This document shows positions 13,809 to 27,019 of a stretch of 64,000 nt of DNA, in pieces; positions within the stretch are counted from its first letter, which is position 1, and each line of letters starts with the position of its first letter. The notes beneath the pieces are model-generated. The model saw nothing but the letters and a program-made list of their open reading frames with translations. It made no database searches and was not told the DNA's origin. Both the position numbers and the translations under genes were made by a program. Origin of the DNA: Nemertoderma westbladi (Eukaryota > Animalia > Xenacoelomorpha). The DNA lies in assembly GCA_032718475.1 (NCBI GenBank), contig JAUCBJ010008092.1, forward strand, positions 48,315 through 112,314, written 5' to 3'.

Positions 13809-16800
13809 TGGGCGAACCTATGCGGCCTATCTCATCCGGGTCCGGCTCACCTGGAGAGAAACCCTCTTGGTTTGCGAGTAAGATCCTCAGCCAAGCGGCC
13901 GCGCTCGTTCCGGAATGACTACGGAATACCGCGGATTTCATGGAACGTGTGGCTCAACTACCGCCGCTTCAACCTGGCGATATGTTGTTCAGCCTCGACA
14001 TTGTTTCAATGTACACGGTAATCCATGTACAAGAAGGGATCGATGTAGTCACTGGTTTCGCCAACCAGCATATGGATGAAATCCACTTATTCGGTTTAGA
14101 TATCCCTGATCTATATGGTTTACTTAAAACCAGTTTAGAATTTACTTTCTTCCGTTTCAACGGTAAATTCTATGAACAAAATGACGGACTCGGGATGGGA
14201 GTTAGGCTTGCCGGACCATTTTCGGGGATCTATATACATGTTAAAGAAAAAATATTTTTAGCGAATTACCATTTAAGCGTTTTTTGCTGGTTTAGATTCT
14301 ACGATGATGGTTGGTCCGTGTGGCAGCACGGAGAGGAAGAGTTAGACAGTTTTCTTGGTTATTAGAATACTTGCCACCCCAATATTAAATATACCATGGA
14401 GAAATCCTATACCAGTCTCCCCTTTCTCGATGTAATCACCACGGTTAATGACCACTGCACATAGACTTCGAGCTCTATATCAAACCTAGTAATGCCGCCA
14501 TAATCCTTAACTACTACAGTAGCCACCCGCGCAACATAGTTCTTAACCCTATTAGTACCGGGCTATAAAATGCAGTACAAATACCGGGGGGGGGGTCATA
14601 TTGACCCCTCCCTCTAAAATCTACAAAAATTAACGAAAACGTCTGATTTTTTGTTTGTACGTAGGTATCACTAGTCTGGATCCGACCGAAAAAAAAAAAT
14701 TTCAAAAAAATGTACTGGAGTGGTAATATTGCAGCATCAAAATTACAAGTAGTGCACAATTTTCACAAAATTTGAAAGTTACATTTTTCGGCTAATTGTT
14801 TTTCAATACAGGTTTTCTGGGGCGCAAAATACATTGGAAAATATTTAAAAATGATATGATTACCATAAATGGCTGTTTAGTCCTCTATGCGTAGGAAAAA
14901 AAGGAAAAAAACAAGTAACCAGCACTTTTCAGTTAGAACACAAAATTTTTAATTCACTTATACGATGCTATAAATTCACATTTTTAGGTTTTCTAGGGCG
15001 CTGATTCTAATGGAATACATTTCAAATATGCCAGATCATTGCTACTTGTATTTTTCGGCGTAATTTGGCAAATTTTGGTGCTAGCACCAAATTTCGTACC
15101 CATCACCAAAAAGTACAAGTTTGCGATGTCCAGTGCTGTTTTTATTGTTTCCATCGGATTCAGGACCCTCATAAACCCGTATAACGCAAGAAACAAGATG
15201 ATACTATCTACTGATCAATTTACTAATTTTCCAAAATTTGGTGCAAAACAACAATTTTCACCCACCGGCGAAAAATACAAGTTTGAAAACTCTTATGGAA
15301 TTTTTACTGATTCCATTGAATTCAGAACCCTAACAAACCCGTATAACGCAAGAAACAAGATGACACAATCAATTGATATATTTGATGGTTTTCAAAATTT
15401 GGTGCTAGCACCACATTTTGCACCCACTTCCGAAAAATACAAGTTTGAGATGTCTAGTTCGATAATTATATATTCCATTGAATTCAGAACAGCCATAAAC
15501 CTCTAAAATGCAAGAAATAAATTGTCACAAGCAATTTTATCTATTGAATGGATTTTCAAAATTTCGTGCTAGCACCAAAATTTGCACACAGCACCGAAAA
15601 ATACAAGTTTGATACGCTTGGTGCAACTCGTATATATTTCATCGAAACCAGAACCCCAAAAAACCCCAATTGCGTAAAAAAACAAGTTTCAAACAATCAA
15701 TTTACAAAATTGACATATTTCAAAATTTGGTGCTGGGACCAAAATTTGGCACCCGCCGAAAAAAACAAGTTTGAAATTTCTAAATCAATTTATATGAATT
15801 CCATCCAATTGCTAACACCAAAAAACCGGTGTAAATCAATAATAGAGATGTTACAATTAATATTTAATGAAATGTAATTTTCAAAAAACGTCTCAAAAAA
15901 AGTGCCAAAAGTAGGGTTAAAAAATGGTGCTATAACTCGAAAACTACCCAATATTTTTGAAAACGGTTTTCACTACTAGGAAGACAATAGATTTTTAGGA
16001 AAAGTCATAAAATTTCAGAATTCCAACTGCGTTTGTTTCAGAATTATAATAAAAAAACCACGGGAGGGGTCATATTGACCCCCCCCCGGGTTTAATAGGG
16101 TTAATACTGCTAGGGCCGCACTCCAACGGGCTATACATAATAGTAATACCAATCTAGGGCGCAAATGTAGCTTAGTTAAAGTAACAAATAACCTAATAAA
16201 TAATGACTTCCCAGCAGCCGTAGTAGACACATTAACCAATACTATACTTAGCGGTAGGCCCCCACCACATAAACACAACTCACACCACACAAACACTGCC
16301 ACCAATGGACCCCGCATACCACTGGTTATACCGTACATCAACGAACACCTGCACAGACACACACAGCAAATTATTAATACCTCCAACTTACGTCACCATA
16401 TCCACCTAGTCAGTACCCCAGGTCCCAAACTGAAACAACTTCTGATTCGAGCTAGCCTAACTACAGACCCCTGCCCAACCACCCGCAACCAACGTCACTT
16501 GTTACACCTGCACCAACAGAGTTAAAAACTGTACAATTAGGAACGTAGTGTACGAACTAGTCTGTACCTTATGTAAACCTATAGTACAAAATTACATCGG
16601 GGAGACCTTGTGCCCTTTATGTGTGAGGATACACCAACATCGTAACTCGATACATGGGGCGAACCGTAAGGAAGCGATGGGAGAACATTACCTTGACAAG
16701 CACCCAGGACACAGTCAACACCCACAACCATTCACACTAACTGTAAAGCATAAATGCAAAGACTGGGCCGACAGAAAAATAAGCGAAAAACACTACATAA

Positions 16801-16856
16801 AACACGAGCACCCCACACTTAACACTCAGTACATACAATATAATCCGGGATGGTAA
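13809..16856 (+). pseudogene. Penelope RT/GIY-YIG ORF remnants, interrupted by a MITE
   Basis: ORFs 13736-13918 (RPISSG), 13940-14365 (RT core) and 16548-16856 (GIY-YIG); stops and frameshifts present. Confidence 0.88.
14547..16100. mobile_element. piggyBac-like MITE, copy 2 (opposite orientation)
   Basis: TTAA at 14543-14546 and 16101-16104; reverse-complement near-identity to 8069-10318 without the Tc1 insert. Confidence 0.88.
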
Positions 16857-17092
16857 CTCTATCACATTGGTTACTAGTACCTATGGGGGTGGAATTGTTG
16901 TTTTTTGGCGCGAAAAGATAAAATATATAAATTCCCCCCCCCCCCCCCCCCTTTGTTGTTTATTATAATTTTGGAATATACTTGGTGCTGTATTGTGATG
17001 TTTTAGCTAGGGTCGATTGTTACCAGTATCCCATTCAGACCTTGTGCTATGTGTAGTAGTTTAGATTCCCAGTAGGTAGCCAGCATTCCGTC

Positions 17093-17162
17093 TGCCCTGA
17101 TGAAGGCCTGTTAGTATATTATAATTTAATTAATTAAATATACATTGGTTGAAATATCGGCA
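17093..17162 (+). ncRNA. Type I hammerhead ribozyme in the Penelope 3' pLTR
   Basis: TGCC CTGATGA ... GGTT GAAA TATC GGCA: catalytic core, stem I TGCC/GGCA, minimal stem III; an established feature of Penelope elements. Confidence 0.75.
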
Positions 17163-17999
17163 ACTCTACCTTTTTGATCACCAGCAACAGATCCTCTAAT
17201 AAACTTATTATTATTATCTGATCCGACCAATCTAGAATTATTGCAGCGGGAATTTACCTATTGTACCCGACTTACGGTAGAAAACGAACGTCTACGTCTA
17301 TCAAGATCCAACAACACATTGGGCGCTATCAGGTAATGTTCAAAACTCACCAATACGTGAAACCAAAAAACAACAAAATACACCAATTATAAATAACGAT
17401 ATATAAAGTACTCCTTTACACTCTCCGGTTATACACCAGTAAATAAGTTTATCAAATACTTGCAGAATACTTACCAAAAAATACAATAAACGGGATCAGT
17501 GTTTACAATATAAATCGATAAATATTTATGCACCAAATTCCTACAAATTACGATGATCAGTCGAAATTAGAGAAAATAAGCACATCAATAGAACAAATAA
17601 GCAAATCAAAAAACACTCGAAGGGGGTCGAAAAACAATTATTACTGAAAAATATTTAATACTGGGGGGGAAAGAAGACACATTTATTATTGTTAGCGCAT
17701 TTGATAAAAAATATGTACTTTCAATCTCAATTTCGTATAATATTTTGACTCTATACTGACTATGTCGGAAATACATGCAGGGTAGGATTTAACTTGCTGG
17801 TCTGATACAATGAGCGGTATACCTTCAACGCAGGGCAATTCACTGGAGCGATTTATCTCCCCTTTTTCCTTCTTATGTATTGATTTGCTCTATATTTTAT
17901 TTTGTTCAATACGGTATTTTTTATTATCTATGGTATTTAACTGAGATATGATAACGGGAGGGTGTGGCAACACAGTATAACAAGCAAATGACTGACTAA

Positions 18000-20996
18000 T
18001 TAATTATGTAAGGACTCAAGCCTAGCACTTGTGTTTCCCTTTAGAGGCAACGTATTTTTCGAGTATTTGTACATTAACAGGGATGACAGGCTTGGAAGGT
18101 GGAACTCTTTTCGTGCTTTCCTGTAGCCATTGATGACACCACAGAAGTTCCCCTGTCTGTTCAAGTTCAAGTTAGATAGAGCACAAAACGATCCTTGTAG
18201 TGTAATGCTGGGACACATTGTGAATCGAAGTACCATTGCACAGCACTCTCGGAAGGCTAAAACTGAGATGGGTTTGCGTCCAGTGAGCTCATAAAGGGTG
18301 CAGTTGGAAACATAAGACCCAACATGAAGAAGTCATCTTATTGTATTCGGATAGTAGGCATCCAGGCTGTCAGTTTCAGACCCAGACAATGCTCCAATGT
18401 GGAAACGAATACTGTATAAGATTGACGATAATGCTATGGAGTCCCATAGTTTAAAAATTGTCTCCAAGTTTAGCCAGCGAGCAGTCCAGTTGTTCTCGTG
18501 AAAAACGTGTGATAGGTAAGCAATCGACTTGATGCACTCTGAATAGGATGTTTTTTGGTTCGAAAGTTTGAAGCCAAGGAAGTTGAGTTTACAGGATTCC
18601 GGTCGGTAGTATGTGTCCAGCCACACTAATATGAGAGGGAGTCTCACTTGTTAGTGTTTTTCCCCAGCACATCCATTTCGATTTACCTTGTTCTATTTCC
18701 AAGTTAAGTCGCTTGCACTGCTCATTCACAATGGTAGCCATTCTCTCAATGTCTTTGGCAGAAGGGCTCACAAGTAGAAAGTCATCTGCATATGCTAGTG
18801 CACCAAGCCAGATGCCATTCGCTCTGCATCCCAGGTTAGCAGATTGAAGCTCTTCCATAATGGCCGCTGTGTAAAAATTAACCAACCAGCTGGATAATAA
18901 TGATCCTTGTTTAACTCTTCTTAGGATCTTGATGCCGTTCTCTTGTTGCCAAACTTAAGAAAGACTTGACTGATTGAGTAATAGTGCATACGTGTCAGGA
19001 GTATGTGTGGGTTCACGACTTTTGGTAGCTTAGTGAAAAGTAAAGAGTGTCCAACATTGTCAAAGGCTTAGGCTAGATCTAGTTGTAAAATATATACTGG
19101 TGATCCACTGTGCTTATAATACTGCAGACACTCCAAGACAGAACCAATTACCAAATCTGTCCCCATATATTATTGATACGCAACTTGGTTAGGGTGGGGT
19201 CTAATATGTTGGTCAATATATTCAGAGATAGTGAGTTGTTCAAAAACCTTAGCAAGCAGTGATATTATCGACACAGGCCAGTAGGAGTTAGGGTCATAGT
19301 GAGTGCGCTGCTTACCTTTGTGCACACTGGTAACTATTGTTTTCCCAAAAACTGTGGGGACAATGTGTAGTCTGTATTGAAAATTAGGCATAGGAAAGGA
19401 CAAACAACATCAGGATTGGCATGAAGTAAATGTTCCACCTGCATTGATGAATAGTCAGGTGATTTGTTTTTGGAAAGTGAACCAATTGCTCGTTTTACTG
19501 TAAGTGGTGAAATTGAAGGTGGAATACTAACATCACACTTGCTAGATAGTTGTGATCTCAAGTTATTCATCATTTGTATGTCCTTGGTATCATTGGGTGC
19601 AGTGAACTTATCTACATAATGTTGACGAAGCGTTGCGTGCATAGAGAGTGGAACCGTATCATCACGATTGGTTTTAAATCGTCTCCAAAATTTACGCTGA
19701 TTGGTACTACAGGAGTAGACCCATTTATTTGCCCTATGGGAAATAACATGCTTAGAGAGCCAATTTTTCAATCGCCGTGTGTTGCGCTTCGATTCTTTAT
19801 ATTCATCATGGATATAGTCATCCTCTATTTCACCTCGACATTTCCACATTTCATACAAGTCACTAGCAAGTCAGCAGCATCATTTATAATTCCCTGTAGT
19901 TCAGTTGTGAGGTGGTTTAGTTGGTCAGTAGACAGATTAGTAACATTGTGAACAGTACCTAGAAGGATATTAACATTGGCATCAATTTCATTGCAGTAAC
20001 ACTGTAGTTGCTGCTTTGTTGCTTGTTCCCAGCAGATTCTAGGTGCAGATTGTTTACGGTTTACGGGGTAATGATCTATTACAGGACTATGGGTTGAAAT
20101 AAGGAATTTGCCAACAACAGGTAAATGGTCAGAAAAGTTATTCGCTGGTTCACGGTTATACACAGTACCCCCCACATTGAAGAGTGAACTACTTGTGACT
20201 ACATGGTCTATGTATGACACTCCATTGCCACAAAAGTTAACACAAGGTCCATTGAATGATGTTTTAGTGTCAGCCGTGATCAAGTTATTATCAATGAGGA
20301 AGGTATTAAATGTTTTACCTCTAGCTGTCGGAGATCCTTTAAGTGTGCGGGGACCTTGTATCGGCCCTAAGTCAGCATTTGCATCCATAAGGAGAATTGG
20401 TACCGAATCATTGTTTGCCTCAATTATGGCTTGTAGTCTACCAATGAAGTTGAGGTAAGTAAGGTTACTCTTGTTAGAGTCAGGAGCATAGCAGCTTAAG
20501 ATGATAAATTTGGTAATAGGATAATAAAGGATATATTAAAGGATACACGAGATCCTATAATATCGTCATCAGACTTCATATGTGTGTGTTCAGAGACAAG
20601 GTTCTTTTTTATGAACAGTGCAACACCACCAGATCCACGTATTCTATCGGGATTACTCATTGCAGATCCAGAAGAATAGTTACAGTAAAAATGTTTGTCA
20701 AGGTCATCCAAGAGAACTCTACCCTCAATCTGATCAAGCCAATGCTCCTGTATTCCTAAAAAATCACATTTAGTTAGAAGTTCACAGATATAGTCTGAGC
20801 TTGTGTTAAAGCCACGCATATTAAATGTTCCTACAGTGAACGTTAATGTTTTGACTGAAGTATCCATCGACTCCAATTTAACTTGTTCCTTAAATTCAGC
20901 ATCATTTACATCAAAATAACTGCCTGTGACTAGGTGCTGTGGAGTGGTTCTGGTCATCAGTACTTTGGCCATGGAAGTGGTGATGTCAGTAGTCAT
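18000..20996 (-). pseudogene. LINE ORF2 (AP endonuclease + RT), heavily degraded
   Basis: APE motifs TFNMRG, IQEHW, GSGGVA, DANA, SYIDH, SDHLPV; RT YWPVS...KVFE, LAYADD. Confidence 0.9.
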
Positions 20997-22959
20997 GATG
21001 TCTTTGTTTTCCCCAGTTCATGTAGCAGGCTTCATTCTGATAACGTGATTGGTCTTTGGATTGGTGTTGGGGATTGTAGTCGGTTTGAAAGTGGAGGTTG
21101 TTTGTGTTGTATCTTAACTGATGTATAGTTGGATAGTGGGATTGACTTTTGGTCTGATGGTGGGTTGTGTGATCCTTTTGGATGTGATCCTTGTCTTTGA
21201 TATAACGTGACTGATGTTTGGTTGGGTAGTCAAAGTAGTTGGTATGATGATGGGTGCAGTAATGTCCAGTATGTGGGCTGTTACTATCTAAGTGGTGTTG
21301 TTGATAGTAGGATTTAGGCGTCTGTTTTTGTGGTATGGTATATCTATTACCTCTCTCACCCTTACTTGATGTGCATGCATGTCGATGGTTGAATGGTTTG
21401 TATGAGTGTCTAGGATTGAATTTCCATTCTCTGCAGATAATGCCATCTGGCCAGAAGCCTTCAGAGGTTACTAAAAAGACCTTCTCATTCGTTACCTCAA
21501 CTTTCATGTTCTTGGAGTCATTATACTTGCACGTAGTGATGCGATTGATGCGAATGTGATGACTGTCCAGAAAGCTAATGACATCATCCTGTGTTCTTAT
21601 GGTTAATGCCAGTTACATAGACAGCAGTGTATTTTTTCGATTCTGAACATTCGAGGCTAGATGATGATGGTTGGCGACTATGCAATGTATATGGTTGATC
21701 ATTGTGGGTGTTATGTTTAGTGTATTTAGTTTTTCTTGATGTTTGGAGAGGATGACTATCCATCATAGGACTTGGAACAGGTTGATGTACTGTATCCTCT
21801 GCAATCAGTGTAAGGCGTTGTTGAATATCTACTGGTATGTGTAAGGTGTGTTTACTATGTGTAAGCCTGTAGCATTGTTGTATTGAATATTGAAGCATGC
21901 AAACCAGTTATGGGTATGGGGATGTTTTGAAATTGGAATTGATGGTTGAACTTGAATGTCAAACCCTATGTTATTGGCAGTAGCATGGGAAGCAGATTTC
22001 TTAGTGGTGACTTTACTCCAGATGTGGGGATTATTGTCCTCTGGAATTGGAGATTCGATGGAGTCTGTGACAATGTACTGAGAGTTTGACTCACCAAATG
22101 TATTATCTACTCTGCTGATTACTTCAAGTTTAGCCTCAAGTAAAGATCGTGCCTGGCGTTCAAATGACAGTTCTTCATTTAGCTTATTGTATGCTTCCTT
22201 TGTCCTACTTTGGTGATTCTCGATGATGCACATGCGTGATTGAAGAACTGCGATTGCCGCTAGGAGATTGTGAATAAGTGGTGATGTAGTGTTATCATCC
22301 TCATCAAGGGTACACTTTTTCAATCTCTTACGGCATGATTCAAGGAGCTGTTCCTCTTGGCAGCAGCGTAGTAATTCGAACAGATCTAAGGAGGCTTCAT
22401 TAACTGAAGCTCTCTGTTTCAGTTGTAGTGAGACATACTGGGTTGGTGACATGAAGGGTTTAGTTAACTGAAAAATCTTCTCTCTGATACTAAGCAGCTT
22501 TTGCATTCCCATATTGGTGAATTCCCCTGAGCCTTTGATCTCCCCTGTTGTACTATAGATAGGAGGGCTGATTTATCCAATTCTTTGCTACCATCATTGG
22601 TGACAATGGTGAGATTGTCAGTCAGTGACTTTGCTTTAAAGTGTGGTATATGAGGTAGATCTGGGGGAAAAAGGTGTTCGTCCAGAGGTATTAGTTTAAT
22701 GTTGGACACATTCCATGACCCATGTATGGAGGCGGGTTGTTTCAGTGTGTTCGGGTGCAATAATGGTATTGGAGGATAGAGCAGCTGCGTAGATGCATAA
22801 GAGGGGTCCACAGTCCCAATAGTTGTCATTTTATTGGCTAGGGAATGGGCGGACGTAGCCATTCGCTATTGTCCATGGTGCTGGATCTTGCTCACTGGAA
22901 TTTATAGTGGTAATTAAGTTGAGTAGCTTGCATATTTTATGTGATACTGGAATAACTTT
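20986..22959 (-). pseudogene. LINE ORF1, 3' part (C-terminal half of Ulp1-like domain, coiled coil, RRM-like region)
   Basis: PSQ*NDNYWDCGPLLC near 22800-22840; coiled coil in 21829-22512; AVYVTGI...FWPDGIICREW, resembling CR1/L2-group ORF1 C-termini. Confidence 0.7.
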
Positions 22960-25191
22960 TGATAAACAACCGCGACACCTATACTAACAGCAGAACTGTT
23001 GAACAGACAAATACCCGTTAATACCTTTCTGCCAACCTAATGAGCTCTCGCCTAACCAATAAGACACAAAGACTGCTCTACTGTTAAGTAAAGGGGATCA
23101 GGAGCGTGATATTACTAAATTGTAAAGGTTGCTAAATACAAAACCGCTACTTACCGTTAGATGGCGCTAATCTGCCGTCCGCTAATATAATTTACTAAAT
23201 TTACACGGCTCCTGCAAAATCGCTTGTTCCTTTCTCTACCGATTGCTCGATAGAGAGCTAACTGTTCGAATCTATGAGCCACGCGGGAATAACCAAAACA
23301 ATAAACCCGAGTCGGCTCCCTAAGCTTACTTAAGACGAGTGCGAGAGGCTTTGCACTCAGAGTATTCTTACGCCTAATTTTAACACTATTAAAGCACGCT
23401 ATTGCCTACGTCTTTTCTAATCGCGAATACTGAGGGTTCCCTAACGAAATGTATGAATGCGAGAATATTTAAATTATCAAAATGGTACAGTATTTGTCTC
23501 TACGTAAATAGTACCGCTCCGGGTCTAAACTTGCCTGCAGCTGGCTTTAGGCCAGCAAATTACTAGCGTGTTGTGCGTACCGAATAGTGCGATCTAGCTG
23601 ATTGCCCGCTAATGCAAATAACTGCTCAGCGTGAATAGTTTACAGTACCCTAATTATTACCTTAGCTACTCTCCGCTATGCTGCGTACTAATTCTTAATT
23701 TTACTAATCAATTACAGTCACAAATATGTAACAGCGTACTAATTACTAAGAGTTCCAGAATGCGTAATTCTAATTTATTACACAACAGGTTTCGCTAGTA
23801 ATAGCCTAAATTGCCGTATTACTTTGAACTAATCAGTAATTATTTGTTGTAACTAAGAAATAGAAATCAATCAAAGAGAAAGGGGCGCCTACCTAAACAT
23901 TCGTAATCATAGGCACACTTCAATAACACACCAATCAGCGTCAGCAATCACAGTTCGCAATTATGCAGTTAACTACTGTATAGCCCACAGTTGTGCGATT
24001 CACTATTCGTACTCCACACTCCACGCTGTAGTACGCGCAGGCCTCTCCCGGATACATCTAGGCTTCCTAAATAACCCGATTCCTGCCCCCCTAATACTAA
24101 ATAGAGACGAAACCTGGATCATCAGCCCCCTAATTACTGTACTGACGAATGGTCTGCGTGCTACAGTGTGAAACGCCCGACAGCAACGGTGACCCCCCGC
24201 CAGCGTTGCCCGCCTTTGAATCCTCCGCTCTCCCTTAGTCGCTCAACCCCCCGATGTGCCCACCGCCTACTGGCACCTTAGCCCTCCATTATGCTAATAG
24301 CTACCGTAGCATGCAACATCACAAAGTCTGACAGTCTCAGAAAATCCCTTAGGATTATTGCGTAGAATTGAATCACATAGAACCATTAACAAAAAGGGTA
24401 GAAATCATAGTTCCGATTGTAATTAGCAGTAATCGATAGGATTGATTGAGAAACGCAATTGAGAATAGTAGCACTAACAAATCATTTCAAGAAATTAATC
24501 GAAAAATAGCAAATTGCAGAAATACGCAAGATTATACTTCTAACTTAATGGTACAGGTAACAAACAGATTGAGTTGAGATTGAGGTAAATGAGGGATTGG
24601 AATTGGTACAGCTCTACTGGCAAGCCGCCAATTTATAGGTGATCCGAGAAGGGTGATGCAATAGGGTGACGCAATCGCTCTCCTATTGGCTCTCCAGTCC
24701 GCGCTAGCATTAGACCAACCTGGAAGCAGTTAGTCCAATAAGAAGGCCGGATTGTAGCCCTATTGCTCCCCTAACCCTCAAATTATTACCATATATGGTA
24801 ATGGATCATGTCCCTGGCTGCTGAATGGCCAGGACAGCGTCCCTATATGCTAGCCCTATTGAAGCTAATAACAGCAAGCACAAAATCCAGGGTCCAACTA
24901 ATCCAGGGTCCAACTAAACTTGCTACCCTGGAACTATCTACCTATATCCTAATACAAAATTACGTAGGTAGGGCTACATATTATACAAAATGGATGAATT
25001 CAAAATATATGGGCGTTTTGATTTCCCTATCTAAATATCACCGCGCTATTATGCCTTATCTAAAATATTATGCTGCACAACGGACTAATATTGCGTACAG
25101 TATAACGAACTAATATATTATACTGCGTAATGGACCAATATATTATACTGTATAATGGCTAATAATGTGTACAGCGCCATATACCGTAACA
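22960..25191 (-). repeat. 3' LTR (2232 bp) of BEL element 1
   Basis: Near-identical to 41519-43730 apart from small indels; CCAAT boxes about 24680-24740 and TATAAA about 24630 on minus. Confidence 0.95.
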
Positions 25192-27019
25192 CCGCTCCAA
25201 GGGAAATCATACAATGTTTCCCTCCAATTGTAGAAGAGTATAAGGTGATGTATACAAACAAAATAAATTTCTTTCAAATAATCTAAATACTTAATACTAT
25301 AATCCTACTATTTACAAAATATTGCTATAGATATTGCATAATGAATTGCATACAAATTAAATTTACAAATATTATCTCTCTCACTGTTTAACGATTATTA
25401 TATACAAATTAAATTTACAAAAAATGTTTCTCGTTCGTACTACATAATGATTACTACATACAAGATCAAATATATAAAAATTTTGCTAGGGCAAGTGAAA
25501 GGAGTAAGCCAAACCCGCAGGTTTGTCTCCCCAATCACTTCCTTCGCCTCTCTCATAATATAAATTCAAAACAGCTCAACTAGTGTATATGAGTCTAGTC
25601 GGATATTTCTAAAATGCTACAATATACATCAGAGCAACGATGATGTATATATCTAGAGTCTGTCGCCCTGTGATACGATGCATTATCGACCCGCTCCTGG
25701 GTTCTTCGGGCTCGCTCCTCTCTTTCGCCCCCTGCCCAGATACACCAGTCGTCTGCCAGTCGACTCTGTTGACGTGGTCCGTGAGGCGTCACTCCCCGGA
25801 ACCGGCGACGATGTTCCCTGAGCCCCGACAGATTCCCGACTCGTGCTTCTCCCTCGGCCTCGTCCCAATTGTCGTGCTCCCGTGGTCGCTTCTGCCAACT
25901 CTTCCTTCTGCAGTTGCACCGCTTTCGTCCTTCTGGGCTCCTCCCCGAGGCGCACCCGCGAGGCGGACGTGATCCACCACCCCTGGGGCCAGTCTGACTG
26001 ATGTTATTATCAGACCGGGCCGGGGGATGGCCCGATGCTTCCCGGGTTCAATTTTCAATTCCCCGATCACACTGGCACAGCTCGTCGAACGTGTAGCCAG
26101 ATGGGCGGCTACTGTCAACTTACTGTGGCCTGACTGTACATTGAGCCAACTCAGAGAGTCAACCGGCAGGTGGGCCAGTCGATAGCGATCGAGCACCAAG
26201 GTCGCCCTTGGGCCTAACCGACGGTCTTGTCCCATGTGGGCTTGCGCTACCCAACATGGAATTTTGACTCGTTTTCACCTGCCTCGCCTGCAGTATTGAA
26301 AAACAATACTGTCTTGCTCAAAAGCTAAGAACAAGTAACCACTTACCAGTCACTGTACACGTGTACTCAACAGATGTTCACAATATCAAGTACACAAATT
26401 GGACACATACCATGCACACACAGAGGACATAATCGGTAAAGACTAAAATCGGGGTCAAAATCAGGAGGGACTAGTTGTATCGACTAGAGAGAACATGAAA
26501 GTCGAGAGTACCTTATTTTGCCGTCAGGGCAAAATAACTTTGTGTGTACAAAGTATGCTGGGGCGCAGTAAAATATGGTCCTACTAATACCAGTGGCGAC
26601 TGAACCAACTGGCAAGGTTTCCCACACTCACTCGCAGTGGCCATACACACAATCACGTGTACTCACGTACCCACAGCAACAGAAAACTCAAAGGCCCAAA
26701 CAAATCCCAAAAACCAATCAGCTGAACATGGAGACAATAATATATAGTATCAAAAAAACGGAACAGCTGATGGCCAAAGGAACCCATCCGAGCCCCAAGT
26801 AAACTGTCACTGATCGCCCACATACAAACCACAGTTCACACCACATGACACCACAAATCACGCCATGCCACCACCCCTACTGTGTACAGGACTGGCAGTA
26901 CGGCAACATGCCGACTAGACGGAACCACGGCACCATGGCAATTCATGGTTCGCTAGACACGAGGGCCATCAGTATCTCCCTTGCACTTAGAAAAGGAAAT
27001 TTAACGTGCCCCCAGACCC

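Larger units (their letters stand above)
13726..17211 (+). mobile_element. Penelope-like retroelement (RT + GIY-YIG), 5'-truncated with inverted terminal piece
   Basis: RT motifs SLDIVSMYT, GLGMG, RFYDD, LPFLD; endonuclease VYELVC...YIGET; about 45-bp inverted repeat 13763-13808 / 17170-17214; flanking direct repeat TATTATCTGATCC at 13713-13725 / 17212-17224. Confidence 0.9.

Noticed and set aside
14993-15877. ORFs of 67-155 aa inside the MITE
   Set aside because: Products of internal subrepeats; no transposase motifs.
24808-25113. ORF duplicated at 43380-43652
   Set aside because: The duplication simply reflects the two LTRs, and an indel changes its N-terminus between copies.
25595-26235. 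Further small ORFs in the BEL 3' region
   Set aside because: GC-rich overlapping frames on both strands with no motif or homologue in the window; unsupported.
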